The translations under genes were made by a program, and so were the position numbers. Source: Podarcis muralis (Eukaryota). Taken from it: DNA of 64,000 nucleotides. Below are positions 13,907 through 29,111 of the stretch, piece by piece; within the stretch, counting starts at the first letter, position 1, and the number at the start of each line of letters is the position of its first letter. The notes under the pieces were generated by a model. The model made no database searches. It was not told the origin of the DNA and worked only from the letters and a program-made list of their open reading frames with translations. The stretch spans positions 28,644,001 through 28,708,000 of the forward strand of contig NC_135656.1 of NCBI RefSeq assembly GCF_964188315.1, given 5' to 3'.

Positions 13907-14115
13907 CAGCAAGCCCACAGCTTACGCACATTTAACTTGTGCTCATTCGGCTTGGCAATTATATTGGGGGCGGGGAGAGAAAGGGGCAACCGTCTGGGGG
14001 GGGGGGGAGACTTTGGCAATCCCACCTGCCATTGAACCCAATGTGTTTTCACCTTACACAAGTTTTAGGTGCGGATCCCCAGAACCTAAACCCTGTATAA
14101 GTTGCGGGTTTACTG
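13907..14115. mobile_element. Old TA-flanked Tc1/mariner (Tigger/pogo-like) MITE
   Basis: Left cagcaagcccacagcttacgca versus reverse complement of the right end cagtaaacccgcaacttataca: 16/22 match, all differences are transitions. TA on the left. Confidence 0.5.
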
Positions 14116-15218
14116 CATGCACCAACAAGCTGTGAATTGCTGGTCATGTGAATTAATACAGCAGGAAAACAAGGGGACAGCACCAAAACTACAGGTGTGG
14201 AAAGGAAGGAGGTGGAGACTCAAAATGATTTAATATAAAAAAAACCCCAATAGGTTTAGGATGATACTTTTATCATGTATGAAATAATATATCTTGTCGG
14301 CCTCCTTCCTTAGGGTCATTCCGTCCCAGAAGCGAACATCTCCATTCAGTTATGTGTTTCCCCCCTTTCCTTTCCTCTCAATTATTGTATTTTTGGCTCG
14401 AAATGACTGGGAGGAGGGAGTTGCCCAGAGATGCGTTTCCAGTTCATGGGATCCAGGGGCTCCAAGCGTAGCGCGAGAGGTTTGGCTAAGGATTTGGCTG
14501 TTTGAGGAGTGGGTGGGAAACTGGAGAGGAGCTGATCAGCTGCAGAGTCAGGGGAGCAGACACTGCCAGCAGCTTGTGACTCACAGGCTGGGAAACGCTG
14601 GCAGGCGTGAGAGAGCTGAGGCGGGGGGGCTTCGTTCTCAGGGAGACGCAAGCCAAGGCGCCGCACCACGGCTTCTCAGATAGGCTCGGCCTAGAAACGG
14701 GAACCGCCTCCCTCCCCATGCCAGGACCAACTGCTCCTCTCCTCCTTTCCTATTTATCTGGTCTCCTTGGCAGCTCGGCCTGAGAGGGCAACTCTTTTGC
14801 CCTGAAACGGCTTCAGAATCCGTGGGGGCTTGGATACACGGCGGGGGTGGGGAAGTTTATTTTCTGCAATGCATCCTGGGTTTGTCTTAGGCCTGGCAGT
14901 ACTGCCCATACTCCACACACAGCTGTGGAAAAGCGGGATGGGAGAGGACAGGGAGAAGTACCGTAGCAACCACAGCTGCCGGAAATGGCACCGATTCAGC
15001 GGGATGGGGAACCGTGGGACGCAGAATGCTGTGTGGTCTGAGGCTGTGCTGCCAAATGGGTGGAGGTGCTAGGAATGCATGGCCACCGGCTTCCTGATTT
15101 GAAATTGTAGCAGCAGATAAGGTTGCTTGTTGAAGGGGGGAGCTGTAGAGCACAACACTCCAGAGCCAGGCTAATGGTGGTGCGGGCCTTGCTTTTTAAT
15201 TGTCAGCTGTTTATTACA

Positions 15219-15814
15219 CAGTGGTACCTCGGGTTAAGGGACATGGGTGGCGCTGTGGGTTAAACCACAGAGCCTAGGACTTGCTGATCAGAAGGTCGGC
15301 GGTTTGAATCCCCGCAACGGGGTGAGCTCCTGTTGCTCGGTCCCTGCTCCTGCCAACCTAGCAGTTCGAAAGCACGTCAAAGTGCAAGTAGATAAATAGG
15401 TACCGCTCCAGCGGGAAGGTAAACGGCATTTCCGTGCGCTGCTCTGGTTCTCCAGAAGTGGCCTAGTCATGCTGGCCACATGACCCAGAAGCTGTACGCC
15501 GACTCCCTTGGCCAATAAAGTGAGATGAGCGCCGCAACCCCAGAGTCGGCCACAACTGGACCTAATGGTCAGGGGTCCCTTTACCTTTACCTTTTACCTC
15601 AGGTTAAGTACTTAATTCGTTCCGGAGGCCCGTTCTTAACCTGAAACTGTTCTTAACCTAAAGCACCACTTTAGCTAATGAGGCCTCCTGCTGCTGCCGC
15701 GCCGCCACAGCACAATTTCTGTTCTCAACCTGAAGCAAAGTTCTTAACCCAAGGTACTATTTCTGCGTTAGCGGAGTCTGTAACCTGAAGCGTATGTAAC
15801 CCGAGGTACCACTG
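15219..15814 (+). mobile_element. TA-flanked MITE family A, copy 1, interrupted by a SINE
   Basis: TIRs cagtggtacctcgggtt / aacccgaggtaccactg, TA at the right end. Body matches the copies at 16379 and 48896. Confidence 0.9.
15239..15594 (+). mobile_element. Sauria (Squam1/POM-type) SINE, full length
   Basis: tRNA-like head (ggtggcgctgtggg...ggtttgaatccc), body ...gtgcaagtagataaataggtaccgct..., (ACCTTT)n tail. Flanked by a 14-bp TSD with one mismatch. Confidence 0.92.
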
Positions 15815-16279
15815 TAATGCTAGGTGTGTGACGGGACAACGGGGGGGGGGGGAGGAATTTGGCCAGGGGCTTCTACAAGCAGGCTACTTGTACGCCGATC
15901 AGCAGTTTTGCCTGTAGCCCATGTAAAGTGGGTTTGGGCATGTGCACATGTGCTCATTGGCCTCAACCACTCTTCTGAGTTCCAAGATTGAGAGAGGTAA
16001 TTAAACCTGGTACTGATTTCTTGATTTAAGGATTGTTCTAGCGGTACTTCTGTGCTAGCTGTTCACTCTGGAATAACCACATCTTGTTCACTTGCTTTTA
16101 CAGAGAATCTATATTATAATGTCACCAAATCATTGCCCTCGTGTTTTCTGCCGCTTTCAGACTCTAGAAAAATAATAATCACATTTTGGGGAAAGAGCAC
16201 TCGCTTAAGGTGTAGATTGTGTTAGCAATACGTTTCCTGTTTTTTGTTTGTAAAAAGTGTGGTTTTAATGTGTGTTTGT

Positions 16280-16830
16280 TATTTAAATATTTATAATATG
16301 CACTTCCTTGTGTCAAGGTGGTTGGTAACATACAAAATGCAATAAAACCAGACTATGAATGCCCATAAAACATAAATACAGTGGTACCTTGGGTTACATA
16401 CGCTTCAGGTTACAGACTCCGCTAACGCAGAAATAGTACCTTGGGTTAAGAACTTTGCTTCAGGATGAGAACAGAAATTGTGATCCGGAGGCGCAGCAGC
16501 AGCAGGAGGCCCCATTAGCTAAAGTGGTGCTTCAGGTTAAGAACAGTTTCAGGTTAAGAACGGACCTCCGGAACGAATTAAGTACTTAACCCAAGGTACC
16601 ACTGTATAAAGACATCAGTAAGTACTGGTTAGCTAAGAAGTGACACTCATGTTTTAAGGGCCAGCCTAAATAGTATAGTTTTCAGAAGACATCTGAAAGG
16701 CAGGGATAGTTCCTGCCAAACGTCTACTGGCAGGCAGTTCCACAGGGCAGAGCTTGCTGCAATGAAGGTTGGGCCGTTATAATAAAGGCAAACCAAACCT
16801 CAGGGATGTGGAGAAACATGAGCAGTGTCA
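16280..16830 (-). mobile_element. Probable L2-type LINE 3' fragment hosting MITE copy 2
   Basis: AT-rich tail near 16280 and ggcagttccacagggcag motif near 16732-16749. Boundaries approximate. Confidence 0.4.
16379..16604 (-). mobile_element. TA-flanked MITE family A, copy 2 (inverted relative to copy 1)
   Basis: TA|cagtggtaccttgggtt...aacccaaggtaccactg|TA. 226 bp. Confidence 0.92.
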
Positions 16831-17936
16831 CATCAAGAGAGTGAGATTCAAGTAGTGAGTCCCATCAGCAGAAGCCCACACAAGGACTTCGGTTTGGACA
16901 ATTCCAAGAACAGTTGCAGCTGGCGTACTAGCCAGAGCTTATAAAAAACAAACACTCCTGGCCACAGAGGTCTCTTTGGCCTCTACTGATAGAGGTGGAT
17001 CAGAGAGAACTCTAGATGCCGTACATGATTCTTCCAACCCTATCCAGAACAGGCAACTAACCTAGCTCACAGACCTGGGAACCACCTGCCCTCAAGGCCA
17101 TTTGACAGTGATATCAGGCAGATGAACCTATTGCCATGCACCTTCATTGGCACACCCTCACTATTACCTTTCCTGTCAGATTAAATACTGTAACTGGTTT
17201 TAAACCTAAGACAAAATCATGTGTTCAGAATCTTCCCTTCTCCACCTGCATCGCTGTGTCACACCTTCTAGGATGCATACACACAGGAAAAACTATGCTG
17301 CCTCTAAAAGTCTAGAAAATCAATCACAATTCTGATTGTTAAGTTACTGCAGGATGACAATAGGAGCTACCAGCCAAACTAGAGAGACAAACTGGGCACA
17401 CCCCTATGATGCCAAATTTCCTTTCTCAACTGTGGTTTGATGAACTCTTGCATTCCCAGGGGGGAGCCTTCAGATCTCCACTGGGTATCTCAGACAAATA
17501 TACAAAGATGTTGGTGGGAAGAAATGACGGGCATTAAAATTAAGATAAGAAAGTAGTATCCTGATCAGCCCTCAGTCATCTAATGTTATTTAATGCTCAG
17601 CATAGCAATAGTAAGGCACAAAATGGGAGATCAGTGTTTTAATTCAGCTAGGATAGCCCTTTAGTGGTGATTCCAAGGACTGGGGTGAGGATCTGTTTTT
17701 GCTTACACAATCACTGGCGTACTGTGATGCTCCAGCATGGAATTGCGGGGGACAGGGACACAAGTGAGCTGCGTTTCCTCTTCTGGGGTTCCTTTATGAC
17801 ATTTGAGGCCGAGCCTGAATATTAGGGAGATATGTAACTCCTGCTAGAAAGAGAAGTGCTTCTCGCTAGTATTTCCTTTCCCATCCTCCTTGCTGCCCGA
17901 ACTCTTGTGTCTTCCCACGTTCTGGGCAATTATATA

Positions 17937-18194
17937 CCGTATTTTTTGCTCTATAAGACTCACTTTTCCCTCCCAAAAAGTAAGGGGAAATGTGTGTGCG
18001 TCTTATGGAGCAAATGCAGGCTGCACAGCTATCCCAGAAGCCAGAACAGCAAGAGGGATTGCTGCTTTCACTGCGCAGCGATCCCTCTTGCTTTTCTGGC
18101 TTCTGAGATTCAGAATATTTTTTTTCTTGTTTTCCTCCTCCAAAAACTAGGTGCGTATTGTGGTCTGGTGCGTCTTATAGAGCAAAAAATACGG
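17937..18194. mobile_element. TA-flanked MITE family B with perfect 23-bp TIRs
   Basis: TA|ccgtattttttgctctataagac...gtcttatagagcaaaaaatacgg|TA, with an internal imperfect hairpin agaagccagaa..gcaagagggat / atccctcttgc..ttctggcttct. Confidence 0.9.
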
Positions 18195-19089
18195 TATCTG
18201 CTGACCTTACAAAGCCCTCTCTACTTACTGACTGCATCACCCAGCTGAGCCCTCTAAAAAAACCCACACAACGCCACCTGGAAGAAATAAGAGTTCAATA
18301 GTACAGCTTTTAGATATTCGGGGTGCGGTGTGGGGTGTTGGTATGCACAAAACAACAAAAAACAGCTCTGCCGCTCCCATTCTTTTCCAATACAGTATTT
18401 TAAAATTAGGTGTCACTTAATTATTTTTTTGTCAAACTCAACAGGAGTTTAGGGATCTTATGGGGCTTGGGCATCCCTTAAGGAAGGAAGTCTGTGGCCC
18501 TGTTGGGCAGTTCTGGATCAGGTCTGAGACTCAGAAACTCCCCAGGGATCTCCTTAGTGCTCATAGGTTTGTGCTTAGCCTATGGGAGAGCCTAAAGTGA
18601 TAGGCTTTTAAAGCTCCATACTGGGCTGGCTCTCTCACACCGCCACCGCCTACTCTGATCTGACCTAGTCTCTTCACAATGTCATGTCCAGAAAGGGACT
18701 TCCCTAGCTAGTGATCAGGCTCCCACCCCCACCCCAGCTGTGGGGAGAACTGCCTTGGCCCTGCCCTTGTAACCACTTCCCCACACTCATCGCTGAGGCA
18801 TCCCAGTGGGATTAGCCAGGGAGCGTGGGCTGGCTTAAAGAGAGGAGTACTTCCTGCTTTTTGGCTGGATGCCTCACCAGGCACTCGCCCACGTCAAATA
18901 CCTAGGGGTAATGACTAAAAGGTCTAGGACCGTTGCCCATAGATAGAGCACAGCACTATTTGCAGGCCTGGCCGAGTGAGCTGCCATCTTTTCTGGTAAG
19001 CTTTCCCCTTCACCTTAAGCAACTGTTTCACAGGCAGAAATTTGGTGTGATGAATTTTCCCATGATGAATTTGAAACCCTGCCAGAACA

Positions 19090-19139
<50 letters not shown>

Positions 19140-20640
19140 AGTATCTGTAGAGCTGGATAAGCCATTGCAGTGAGTGCCTTGGAAGCGAGAAAAGCAAAGT
19201 AGGGGAACAAGCTTACAAACATTCTGCATTGAGGAGTTTTCCATTGTTAGTTCAAGTCTTTTGCCCTAGCAGGGCCTGGAGCAGTAGCCACCCCTGAAAA
19301 AGCCAACCACCTTCAAGAGGTGCTGTTACACCTGTATAGCTGTCCTGCCATCTCACGGGCAAATACAGCCATGATCAGTAAATACAAGGAGTCCCAAGTG
19401 TCAGCCATGGATTAATAGTATTTCCTAAATAAACTGTTCTAGAGTTAGTTCTGGCAAGAAATCACAGGCTGGCCTGTGCAGTAACACTGTGCATTGTCTA
19501 GGTAAGCGAGTAATGTAATGCAGGTTTACATGAAATCATCTGCTCCCTCCCATGAACTGTGTTCTCTTCACTGAGCAGGCTATTAAATCTCATAGAGCTC
19601 CCACGTCACACAGCTCCCATGGGTATGGACTGGTGCACAAGTCGAGCTCCACTACCCTCAGGTGCTTAGCTGATGTGACAATAGCTGCATTTAAGTGGGA
19701 AGTGGGTTCAGGATGTGTCTCCACAGGTATTGCAAAATGAGACGGGGTCCTCTTTCCAGTGGTTTGGAGACCCAGTTGCAAGGAACTTGATTGCCAGAGA
19801 GTCATTGACTCAAAATGTAGGACTGCGTTGTTTCACAGGAACTGTGAGCATGTTTGCACTCTATACAGTAAGCAATTTTTGAATACTTCTTTCTGGAGAA
19901 CTTGCATCCATCCGGTTCATTTCCCTATGGTTAATTCTCCCTTCCTGGAGTCATTCGGGACATGAAAATGGAGGTGCTCAATATGTTGCGTCTGGGTTGT
20001 TTTCCTTTGCTCGTTCTGCAGGGCTGGTACATTTGCGTAGAAGCTGCTAGTGTTGAGCTGACGTATGAGTGCTGACAAGGTCACGGGCTTGTATATTAAA
20101 GGGTTCCGTATATGTGCCAGCTACTACCCAGGTTTCAAGGCCTAGTGACACATTTACCCACAGTCATTTGTTTCCTGATAAGCTTGTAGATGCACAACTA
20201 TTAGTCGCAATGGATGCTCCCAGCCTTTCCTTGCTTGTATGCATCTAGGTACCATGCTCAGGAGATGCATCCAGTTTATGATTCTCAGAAGTCTTTGATG
20301 GGGATTCACATTAATACCAACTCCTTCCTTGGAGTAGACAGCAGGCAGATGATATTTGCCCACCAAAGCTTGCCAGATTGAGTGGGAAACTGTGTTTTTG
20401 CATCCAGGCACTGCGTGTAAAAGCACGTAGGTGGGCCTTCACATCTGCTGGAAGTGTTTTCTTTCCTCCTCAAGCCCGGTTCCAGGGACAAACATTTCAA
20501 TCAACTAGGATTTTTATTCGATTATGATGAGCTAGGTCTTTAAGCAAAAATATGTATGGTGCTATTGCATAAATGTTGCTTTCAGATTAGTGCTTAGGTA
20601 TTTTATTTGCAAAGTAGCGCACTGTACCATGAGCCTATGA

Positions 20641-20958
<318 letters not shown>

Positions 20959-21566
20959 TGATGGAATTACTCAACGCTGCCTTGGTGGAATATCCAGAAG
21001 CACATGGAAGAGGGGAGCAGTGCTTCTCAATAACTATAAATCTCTCAGTTCTGCCTGTATTCTATTTGTGCACAAATTAAAAGTTCAAATAATAAAGCCA
21101 AGAGAGCTGGAATTCTGTGCTTCGACTGCTCACATTCTGCTAACAGAATAAATTATGAAAACCAATACCTATATATAAATGTCCTTAATTCTTATATCAG
21201 TCCTGTCTCTCTATGTATATGGTATCTTCAAAAACGCAAGTTTTGTGATGGCAGAACAAGATGAATTGGTACAATGGCATCCATATTGTCACAACCACAA
21301 GGACTAGTAACATGACTTTGAAATAAAAAGAAAAGAAGAAGACCAGTATTTTTGTACCAGGCATCCATAGAATATTTTGTGCATGTCAAATTGCAGAAGA
21401 TACATGACCTTGTTTAGGGAGATCCCAGCATTTGTGGAAGAGAATGGGCCTCATTAATATTGACTCGAGTTTAATTCCGTATCATTGCATGCCCCATTCT
21501 TAGGAAGGAGGGGGAATAAAGTGTCAGAAAGGAACATTCTAGCCCAGGGACCAGGCCTATCTGTTT

Positions 21567-21866
21567 GAGAGCCGGTGTGGTGTAGTGGTTAAGAGCGGTA
21601 GACTCGTAATCTGGTGAACCGGGTTTGCGTCTCCGCTCCTCCACATGCAGCTGCCGGGTGACCTTGGGCTAGTCACACTTCTCTGAAGTCTCTCAGCCCC
21701 ACTCACCTGTGTTTGTTGTGGGGGGAGGAAGGGAAAGGAGAATGTTAGCCACCTTGAGACTCCTTCGGGTAGTGATAAAGCAGGATATCAAATCCAAACT
21801 CCTCCTCCTCTTTGTCTTCTTCTTCTTCTTCTTCTTCTTCTTCTTCTTCTTCTTCTTCTTCTTCTT
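21567..21866 (+). mobile_element. Squam3-like tRNA SINE with (TTC)n tail
   Basis: Head gagagccggtgtggtgtagtggttaagagc, CORE-like gtgaccttgggctagtcac, 3' tgagactccttcggg...atatcaaatccaaactc, then a long TTC run. Confidence 0.85.
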
Positions 21867-21909
21867 TCTACTCACCATTGCTTGAAACTCTTGCTGCCTA
21901 GTTGTAACT

Positions 21910-22075
21910 CCCTAAATGAGAGTTGGGGAACCTGCCACCCCCTCAAGATGTTGCTGGACTCCAGCTCCCTTCATCCCCAGCCAACATGGTCATTGGTCAG
22001 GGATGATGGGAGCTACATTGAAACAACATCTGGTGGTCCAAAGGTCCCTCATCCCTTGTTTAAACTGTCCTGTCA
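21910..22075. mobile_element. Degenerate palindromic hAT-type MITE
   Basis: cagatg-like/gatgttgctggactccagctccc...gggatgatgggagct...caacatctgg arms. Related copies near 36495-36620, 47010-47130 and 56450-56580. Confidence 0.55.
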
Positions 22076-23500
22076 TGGAAGCCCAGAGGTGGGGCCTTCC
22101 CCTTGTATATATGCTGGCAGGGTGCTAGAGAGGAAGAGGGATAAGTAAGCAGGAGGGAACAATGGGGTTGTTTGCATTTTCTTCTCACTTGTGAGCTAAC
22201 ATTTTCCTTCTTTTAGCTGCAGGAATTCCCCTAACATTTCCCAACTGGCCCCCTACTCCCTTCTGGTTTTTTTTGTTTTAATTGAAAAAAGGAGGAGGAA
22301 CTTGGAAAATACTTTTAAGAATGAACTTGCTGCAGTGGGGTTCCCAGCTTTGCTGCCCCTCACTTCCACCAAACCATCCCTTATCCTGGCCCCCAAATTC
22401 CCAGCCAATGCTCCCAGTCTCCCTCTCCAGTTATTCTGTCCTTCCAGCCTTATCTTGTGGGTGGAAGAAAAGGAAAAAAATGTCCCGTTTTTGTGTTTCA
22501 TGTGTGACCCACAGCCCTCCCCTGGGGGGGGGGGGAGAGAAAACCTGTCTCCCCCGTTCCCCAGCCGCCTCTGCTCCCAAACCACAGGTCTTCCTTGAAC
22601 CCCCTCCCTCCCTGCCTTGGTCCCATTCCTGGCCGCCCCAGCCGTGCTGCGATGCTCATCCCAACTCCAGCTACCCTAATTCTTCGCAGTGTGCTTTCTT
22701 CGCTTCTCCCTCTGTGTCTCCTGCGGTGACTCGCTCTCGCTGAGCCCTTCCCCCAACATCCTCCCCTCCCTGCGAGATGCAGAAAGTTCAAGTGTGAGCG
22801 GCAAGGTGCTGCTGGCACGGTGCCCTGGCAGCCAGCCCGACTGCTAGTTTGAACGGCTGCCAGCTGGCTTCCGGCATGCTGGGGCTGCTGGGAGGGGGGG
22901 TGGGTCGGGGTGCAGGCAATGCTCTCGGCATCATGCTGACGGGCGGCCTGTCCGGGTGTGTGTGTGTGTGTGTGGATGGGGGTGGGGCAGCGGGGCTGAA
23001 AGTGCTGGTGTGTGGCTGACTGGGGAGATTAACTTGGGCAGACAGACAGAGAGAGAGAGAGAGAGGAATAAAGAGAGATTTGGCTGCCTCTTCCTCCTAG
23101 AGAGGAGTCAAACAGACAATGGCGACGCTCAGACAAGGGTGCAGGTTAGGGTGGGAGCCGTTGGTGGCTTGGCCTGACACGCTGCACGTAGCGATTGCCA
23201 CCGCTCAGATCCTAGCCCTGGGAAGCTGTGAGTCACCAGCGAAAGGAGCGTGGAAAAACTTTTCCTTGGGACTCTGCTGTGTACAGTGTCTGAGGAGATG
23301 TCTGTTGGGATTATTTGGGCTAGCTCTCATTATTATTAGTCATCTCTATAAATTGCAGGCATATATATATACACGTATATGTGCTCTTAGTAATGCAAAG
23401 TCTTTTCCATTCTAATTTTCAGGACGACATTCACATACCTATTAATATAGTTCAACATACTAAATAAAAAGAAAGAAAGAAAGTGAAATACTGTCTAGCT

Positions 23501-23637
23501 CAGTGTTTCCCAAAACTCTGGTCACCGGCAGTTTTTGAACTACAATTCCCATCATCCCTAACCACCAGCCCTGCTAGCTCGGGGTGATGGGAGTTGTAGT
23601 CCGGAAACAGCTGGAGACCGAAGTTTGGGAAAAGCTG
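23501..23637. mobile_element. Palindromic hAT-type MITE family C
   Basis: cagtgtttcccaaa...tttgggaaaagctg flanked by a perfect 8-bp TSD gtctagct (23493-23500 and 23638-23645). Confidence 0.88.
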
Positions 23638-25261
23638 GTCTAGCTGAATGCACGCATCTTATCCCCCCCCCCCCAAATTAATAAAGTACACGGCACTTTA
23701 CTTTTTAAGTGGTACTTTTAGTTTTCTTCCCTCAGAGCAAACAAAAACTTTGTTCTTGTCTTCGCCAGTTTAATCCTACCAATATTAAACACCCATCTTT
23801 TTGGCCAATCCTTCAAATTGGTTTCCTTACTCTGAATTGTAGCAAGAGGCAGTTTCAGTTTCTGAAGTGCTTATAGTAGCAAGCATTCCTGTATTCTCCC
23901 CCAAATCTCTAGTTTGGTTTTAGTTTTCCCTTTCCCCCCCTAAATGCACATTGCTGTTCCATCTCACAATATTATTGAGATGTGTCACCCTTGATTGCTC
24001 TCATTTTACTAAGGAGGGAGCTGAGGTTAAGTTGCACAGAGTTGAGGTATTTATCCAAAGTCACTGCAGTTGAAGTCTCTGGAGGAGCCAGGAACTGGGC
24101 CCACGTCCCCCTGAGCGTTAACATCCAAAACCCAGAGCTAGCGTTCGTCAAGGCTGCAACAGGCAGTTCACCTTGGTGCCCATCGAAACGCTTGGCTCTC
24201 CCCTGCCTTCCCTCCCAAGTAAAATCCTTAGCTGCAGCATTTGACACCTTGACCCAGACACAGACTGGCAGGAAGCCAGGAGGATACAATCCTAGTAAAG
24301 GTTGTAAAGTCATTGACTGTGTTTATTTCATGCCTCTCTGGTAACTGCTGCACAGGAATGGATTCAGGTGCATATGGTAGCTCCAGGTTCTTTAAGATCT
24401 GGGCTATTCAAGTTAATAGTTGAAGAAGTTTCTAGCCTGCAGAGAGACCCCATCAGTGTGGGCCTGAGAGCATGTATTTTCAATCCCTTCAGCAGCTCCG
24501 CATTTGCCCCACACGGCATATTCACTTATTCATTGCCTGACCCCACCGTCACATTTCCTCCTCTGCCAATCCCATTTATCCATTCTCTCTATCGATTCTC
24601 AAAGCATTATTATTGTTATTGTTATTGTTATTATTTATTAATTTATTGGTAAAGCTGAAACCATGATGTGGAATAAATTATTGCAAATAAACATAGAGGT
24701 GCTTGATTTCCATAATTAGTCACCCTGGTGCAGAACTTGATTTATTTATTCCTACTGTATTTATTTAAGCACAGGAGCATGCCCCAGCCTTGTGAAGAGG
24801 CAAGCGGAGGTTTTTTGCCCCCCCCCCCCAACTGCACATAATTGTGGGACTAATATTCGAGATATCCGTGCTAAATTTTATGAAGAATCCAGTGATTCAT
24901 CAGGATTTTCTTGTGCTCACGCTATAGGGTGTTTTTATTCCCCCAAACAGCCTTTGTTTCATGTGATTCCCCCTTCCCAAAGAGTCCCGTGGGAGCTTCT
25001 TCTGCCCAGCCTAGCACCAGAGGAGTTTTCTGCTGTGGTACCAACAATTTCGGACTACCTTTCTATTCACTTCTTGCTGTTTGAAAGCCAGATATTTCCC
25101 AACACTGAGCACTGGGTGTTTATTTGGACTGCCATAATAAAAATCTGTCTTAACAAATGTTTTGAATATCTTTCCCCACCCACCCACCACTGGCAGTCTA
25201 CTTTTGACATTTATGGTACATAGAGACAGAACAGACTTAAAGGCCCAAGCCAGGGACTTGA

Positions 25262-25450
<189 letters not shown>

Positions 25451-25747
25451 TGAGTCATGGTTGGGATTGCGGGGAAACGTGCAGATACGCCCTTCTAAAG
25501 GGGTAGAAGAACCACTACGAAGTCCGGCGCCTTATCAAGGGCACAGATTTGGGAGGCAGTTGCACAGAGAGGGAAGGGAATAAGGAGTTGGTTTCTCTGA
25601 AGGGCATCTGAGGCCAATGCCACCATCCCAGCACAACATCTTTAGTCTCTGCCTTGCAAGTGGCACAATTCCTAAAAGAGCTATTGCAACATGCAAGCAG
25701 GAGAGGCTAGAACCTTTAGACTTGCTTGGGCAACAAGGCATGGGGGA

Positions 25748-27776
<2,029 letters not shown>

Positions 27777-28899
27777 TGATGTCTACAGACCTGCATTGCG
27801 GGTTCCTACATGCACATAACCACTAAACTAGTGCTCCCCAGACTTTTGGTGTTGATGGGCACATTTGCAAACTGGTCAGCAATACTCACATGCCCATGTG
27901 TGCAACCACAGCCCAGCAAACACCACATACTGTTCTTTGGGTCTCAGTAGAATGCTTCTTTTAAACCTATTTTCAGTGGGGAGGGGGACCCTGTGGGTGC
28001 ACATGCTCCCGTAGGCAGAACCTTGGCACCCCCTTCTCCAGGCGGTTGGGGGATCCTGAGCAGTCGGGAATGCACACCCATTCAGTTCCCTGGTCTAGAC
28101 AACTGCACTCCCCAGCATGTAGGCCCTACATGGGTCTGGCTCGGTTAACTGGGAGAGATGCAACGCCATTGGCTTCCCACCGTGCGCCATTCCCGGACTT
28201 GCCACACACACTCCTATTCCTGATTTGGCTTCTAACTTCTTGGAATTCATTGTCTAGCCATCTGCGTTTGATTTATCTCAAACACAGGATTTTCTGATAA
28301 GCCGTCTAGTGAGATTCCTATCTGTTTAATTTTTACATTCGGTCTATAACGCAGCCGCAACCGGAACTGAAACGTTAGCAGCTACGCTTTTGTTACTAGA
28401 AGTCTTTGGTTAAGTTTCGAGGCGTAGGGCAGCAGAGGGACACAATTTGGTATGCCAGATTTTTATTGAAGGAAAACTGATTTTGAAGTCTTTCCGTGGC
28501 CTGATTGAAGGCATTTATACAAACTGGGATCCCGTATAGTAGGGTAGCTGCTCTCAATGTATGGGTGGCCAGGGGCAGGACTAGGGAGCTGTGCCATGCC
28601 GCTCCTTCCACATGCAGAGACCCTTTAACATAGAAATGGAAGGGGCTTCAGCCCATAGGCTTCTGCAGGATTTAACTTCCTTCCCCAGGGCTTGTAAGAC
28701 AGAGCTATTCTGCCTGGCTTTCAATTTGAACTTAGCCTGATCTTTTATTCCCTTCCCCTCCCCTTTTTATGAAGATTACCCGCTCTGGGATCCCACAGCT
28801 AATTCTCCCCTGGTCTCCTCACTGGCCCAAATAGGACTAACTTAGCCAGCTAGCCCTAGTGATCATCTAATGTTTATTGGATGGATTTCCCTCCCTAAA

Positions 28900-29111
28900 T
28901 TGATTTTTGAATCATGAATGTATTGTTATTCATGTTTTATACTGTATTTTATGCTGTTTTTTGTTGCATCAATTAAGTGTTTTAAATTTGTTGTTAGACG
29001 CCCTGAGCCTGGTTTTCTGAACCGGGAAGGGCGGGGTTTAAATAAAAAATTGTTATTATAATTATAATTATTATTATTGTTGTTGTTGTTGTTGTTGTTG
29101 TTATTATTATT
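28900..29111 (+). mobile_element. L2-like LINE 3' end with (ATT/GTT)n tail
   Basis: T-rich 3' UTR, then gacgccctgagcc...gggaagggcggggtttaaataaa and a simple-repeat tail. Confidence 0.55.
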
